DNA of 62,467 nt, counting the filler, from Bdellovibrionota bacterium (lineage in GTDB: Bacteria > Bdellovibrionota > Bdellovibrionia > Bdellovibrionales > JAEYZS01): the NCBI GenBank assembly GCA_963169515.1. It is 6 parts of 6 records of this genome, joined end to end, with 100 filler letters (N's around TTAATTAATTAA, not from the genome) between each part and the next. Parts side by side here need not be neighbours in the genome. Positions count along the whole stretch, not along the records: positions 53,801 to 59,798 come from CAUJEF010000144.1; positions 59,899 to 62,467 come from CAUJEF010000153.1; 4 more parts are not named here. One strand, written 5' to 3'. Shown piece by piece: positions 59,154 through 62,467 of the stretch. The notes beneath the pieces are model-generated. The model ran no database searches. It was given only the letters and a program-made list of their open reading frames with translations, and was not told the DNA's origin. Each line of letters opens with the position of its first letter. The first letter of the stretch is position 1. The translations under genes and the position numbers were made by a program.

Positions 59154-59798
59154 TTATTCCACGGTCCTTATTTTTTTGATTAAAAAAAGTGAGATGAAAC
59201 TAAATGAAATGGCGATAAAGCCTACGAGATCATAGTTCTGAAGCTGCCCATCCGCACTTTTTACAATTATTATACCTGCAAGATAAGACGCGGCAGCAGA
59301 AGAAAACTGTTGGACTGCGCTATTTAGGCTCATAAAACTTCCACGATTCTTTGGTGTTACAGTTGAAGTAATCAAGGCCATTGCAGGAATCATTCGCCCA
59401 GACATCGCCATAAACAGCAACGCCGAAACTGGTATGACGTAGTATAACGGCATTGGGGTCAAATGCGTGATCAAATAAATTGGAATCATAGAAACAACAA
59501 CCCCGTAATAAAAAACTTTCTTTTTTCCATATTTGTCGGCAAGTCGTCCCACCAAAGGGGATGAAAAAATGGTAAGAATTCCACCAACAAGATAGGTCAA
59601 TGGTAACTGCGCCTCTGTAACCCCCGCATTTGCAACCAGGGATGGGCTAATAAATGGGATCACAGTGAAGTGGCCTAGGACCAAACAAAACATAAAAAAT
59701 AGTGCGAACGAATTATTTCGATTTTTTAAAATCATCAGAAAACTCTGCACGGCCGTTTCTGCCGTTTTCATTTCCAAGTGTTTTGTCAACGCAGGAAC
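59154..59798 (-). CDS. MFS transporter, C-terminal half (5' truncated)
   Basis: GRLADKYGKK motif A; RGSFMSLNS. Confidence 0.85.
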   Translation of the reverse strand, partial: VPALTKHLEMKTAETAVQSFLMILKNRNNSFALFFMFCLVLGHFTVIPFISPSLVANAGVTEAQLPLTYLVGGILTIFSSPLVGRLADKYGKKKVFYYGVVVSMIPIYLITHLTPMPLYYVIPVSALLFMAMSGRMIPAMALITSTVTPKNRGSFMSLNSAVQQFSSAAASYLAGIIIVKSADGQLQNYDLVGFIAISFSFISLFLIKKIRTVE

Positions 59799-59898
59799 NN
59801 NNNNNNNNNNNNNNNNNNNNNNNNNNNNNNNNNNNNNNNNNNTTAATTAATTAANNNNNNNNNNNNNNNNNNNNNNNNNNNNNNNNNNNNNNNNNNNN
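59799..59898. other. Artificial contig linker
   Basis: N44-TTAATTAATTAA-N44. Confidence 0.98.
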
Positions 59899-61730
59899 GT
59901 TTTAATATCCTCAGACTTAATTTTTTTCCACTTTTCTTTCGCGGCCTCGATATTCCCAAGGTTTTCTTCGAGAACGCTGTCTTCGTAGAGAGCCTTCATG
60001 TTTTTTCTAAGATAGACGGTATATTCACCTTGAAGTTCAATCAGCTCTGAGTTCTTTGGGTCTAGTTCCAACCCTTTTTTTAATTTAGCCAGGGCCTCTT
60101 TTAGTTTTTCTTGAGATTTGAAATCCGCGGCCTCTTTTTTGTAAGCTACCACCTTGGTTTGAAGCTCCTGTTTTAGATCTTGAAGTTCTATTTTAGATTT
60201 AATTTTTAAGTTTTCTGGGTCTGGATATGCCATGGAAATATGACGTTGAAAAGTTTCAATGGCCTCTCTGGTTTTTCCATCATTTTTGAATCTCATTGCC
60301 TTGCTGAACAAAGTCTTTCCGCTTTGCACCTGTCCATTATATGCAGCTTGATTCTGCATTTGAATCTCCCGTGTTCTTTGAGCGTCTTCGGCGCGTGAAA
60401 TTAGTGCTTGGGCATCGACGTTTCCTGGGTCCAGGTCTAAAGCTCCAACGAGACAATCTCGAATAGCATCCGGTGACGTTGTGCCTGATTGAAATCGATC
60501 TTCACATTCATTAACAATAGTTCGGATGCGGGTTTGAGTCTCTTGTTCTTGTTGTTCTCGCATCTCAATTTCTTTTTGGGTCATTTTAAGCTCTATAGCC
60601 TCTTTCGATAGAGCTTCGATCTCGCGCGAATTTTCGTACTGTGGAATAATCTGATGAATTTTGTCTATTTCTGTCAACGCCAACTCATACCTTTGGCTCA
60701 TGAAAAACTGTTCTGCGAGCTTAAAAGTTGTTTCAACAAACTTTTTCTGCTCAGAGGTCAGTTCCTTGTTAACTGATGGCATTTGCTTTTCGCTAAGCAG
60801 AACACGACGCTTTGGTTTTGGATCTTCGGAGCTGAATACGAAGGAAAGCAAGATCACGGCAGTGATCACGAATGTGATAGGTCTTTTATAAATAGGCAAC
60901 TTTTGATCTAATCGCACTGCGGCAGTACCGCGTGTAGGAAAGCCCAGGTGATTAGAGACCGTCTGCCCCCAGCTGGTGCTCGAGTGCTCAACGGGAAGGT
61001 TCTTCATTTTATCTTCAAAGTGGGGGTCTCGAACTTCAAAATAAAATATTGTGTTGCCGATTCGAAACTCATCTCCAGACATAAGCGGAGTCGGAATATT
61101 TTTTTCTAATTTGTGCCCATTAAAGGTGACGCCATTTGAGCTATTTAAATCTCGGAGCGTAAATATCGATCCTGCTTTTGATATTTCTGCGTGTGTACGA
61201 CTTGATTTTGGGTCGTCAATAAAAATTTCATTGTTCTTATCGCGGCCGATAACCCAGTATTCTCCCTCAAGCCGAAGGGTCTCGCTGTGCTTATCAGAAT
61301 AGGTAATTTTGAGGAACGGAACTCCAGCGCTCCAGTTCACAGAGGTCTTGTCCGCGACAAATGTTTTATCATCTACTGATACAATCGCATCAGTGTGGTC
61401 ATCCGTCTGGAGTGGTACAGTTTCTGCGCCGGCATCCACCGGTTCTGATTCGAATTTAAAAATATATATGGCTACAGCAAAAGTATCGCCGGATTTTAGA
61501 TCAAAGCTTTTTTGGGGTGAATTATTATAGATAATGTCCCCGTAGCGAGCGATCAGGCGAACGATCCATTTATTTGCTTCGTAGGAAATTTTAAAGTGTT
61601 GGCGAGATAGACCCTCGTCATTCAAGCAAAGATCGTTGTCCGCAGAACGACCTACAGAATATTCTTTGCCTGGTTCTAGTTCAAGAGTAGCAATTTCATT
61701 GTCTTTTTGATAAACAATCAACTTTGCCAT
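59899..61730 (-). CDS. Membrane protein with two FHA domains, one TM and periplasmic TPRs (3' truncated)
   Basis: GR..SRQH and GR..SRTH..SSNG FHA motifs; TM; LELDPKN TPR. Confidence 0.85.
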
Positions 61731-62467
61731 TATTCGCTACTCCGAATGATTAAGCCTACTTCGTTGAACTTTTCTTTTGCTTCTTGATAAATTTTATTAG
61801 TAGGATCATTTATTAAAATCATCACATTTTGATATGAGGACTGCGCTTCTCGGTATTTATTCTGCTCCATGAACCGTTGGGCCTCATTAAATGTGAACTG
61901 CACTAATTCATCGTGACGCTTCTTTGATAAATTATAATAGTGTTGCGCAAGCTCATGTTCTGGGAAAATTGCGATTGCCGCGCCAAACGACTGCAATGCT
62001 CGAGAGTAGTAGCCTTCTCTATAGTCTCGAAGTCCTTTTAAATATGCAGCATTTGCTTCTTGGTATTGGCCTGTATTTTTTTTGGATACAACCTGTTGGC
62101 GGATGAGATCTTCTTGGCGGCGCTTTGAATCGTCGATATGCTGATCAATGTCTGCATCTGTAAGAATTTGTGTTCCTGCGCCTTTGTTTTCATCTTGGCT
62201 GTATAGCCAAGCACCTCCAATAATAACGGTAGAAAGGATTATGTAAAACGGAAGTTTGCTTTTTGGGCTCTGTCTGCCCAAGCCCGATGTTGAAGTCCTA
62301 GGGGCAAGACTAATAGGGCCTGTTACCTTAGCAGGTAACGCACTCATTTCTTCAAAGCGGATAAGAGTATTACCCATTGTGATAGTTGATCCTGGGTTTA
62401 AGAATGCCTTGGCAGATTTAGCGCCATTTACTTCAACGGTTGCATTTGTACTTAGATTTTCAATTAT
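61730..62467 (-). CDS. FHA-TM-TPR protein (5' end outside the window)
   Basis: Frame open to the window edge: IENLSTNATVEVNG...LNPGSTITMGNTLIRF (FHA tail), TM, TPR helices. Confidence 0.75.
   Translation of the reverse strand: MIENLSTNATVEVNGAKSAKAFLNPGSTITMGNTLIRFEEMSALPAKVTGPISLAPRTSTSGLGRQSPKSKLPFYIILSTVIIGGAWLYSQDENKGAGTQILTDADIDQHIDDSKRRQEDLIRQQVVSKKNTGQYQEANAAYLKGLRDYREGYYSRALQSFGAAIAIFPEHELAQHYYNLSKKRHDELVQFTFNEAQRFMEQNKYREAQSSYQNVMILINDPTNKIYQEAKEKFNEVGLIIRSSE

Noticed and set aside
26027..59898. TTAATTAATTAA recurring five times inside N runs, as a repeat family or CRISPR
   Set aside because: Identical 100-bp N44-12mer-N44 blocks are synthetic contig joiners; ORFs ending in X runs are simply truncated.
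154..62220. Numerous 60-170 aa ORFs antisense to or nested in recognised genes
   Set aside because: No recognisable motif support, and they are fully explained as shadow frames of the genes called above.

Overview
The window is six unrelated contigs of a draft genome or MAG, joined by 100-bp artificial linkers (44 N + TTAATTAATTAA + 44 N) at 26027, 34651, 45545, 53701 and 59799. Adjacency across linkers means nothing. Gene content suggests a Bdellovibrionota-like predator (inference). Contig 1 (1-26026): a sigma54-type general-stress cluster (CsbD, DUF1328, ElaB-like, hemerythrin, AI-2E, CBS) around an NtrC-family activator, an Hpt protein and a phosphorelay whose sensor has a degenerate ethylene-receptor-like domain. 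It also holds TolC+RND, a RAYT element with long inverted repeats, a VWA lipoprotein, a secreted nuclease, an RHH-PIN TA pair and an iron-type ABC transporter. Contig 2 (26127-34650) is the most striking part: a six-gene cluster, with no other flagellar genes on the contig, encoding a MotA/MotB stator, a single-chain FliF-like/TM/FliG-like protein, a TPR lipoprotein, an outer-membrane beta-barrel and a 929-aa GLUG-repeat lipoprotein. This is a candidate minimal non-flagellar rotary machine. It is followed by a secreted ADP-ribosyltransferase-like protein and a HigBA module between 52-bp direct repeats. The other contigs are mostly housekeeping (mpl, mutS, bioY, pst/pho, greB, tatA, kup, rlmE, feoAB, hppA) plus FHA-TPR proteins. 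All family calls come from motif recognition by eye; no database searches were run.
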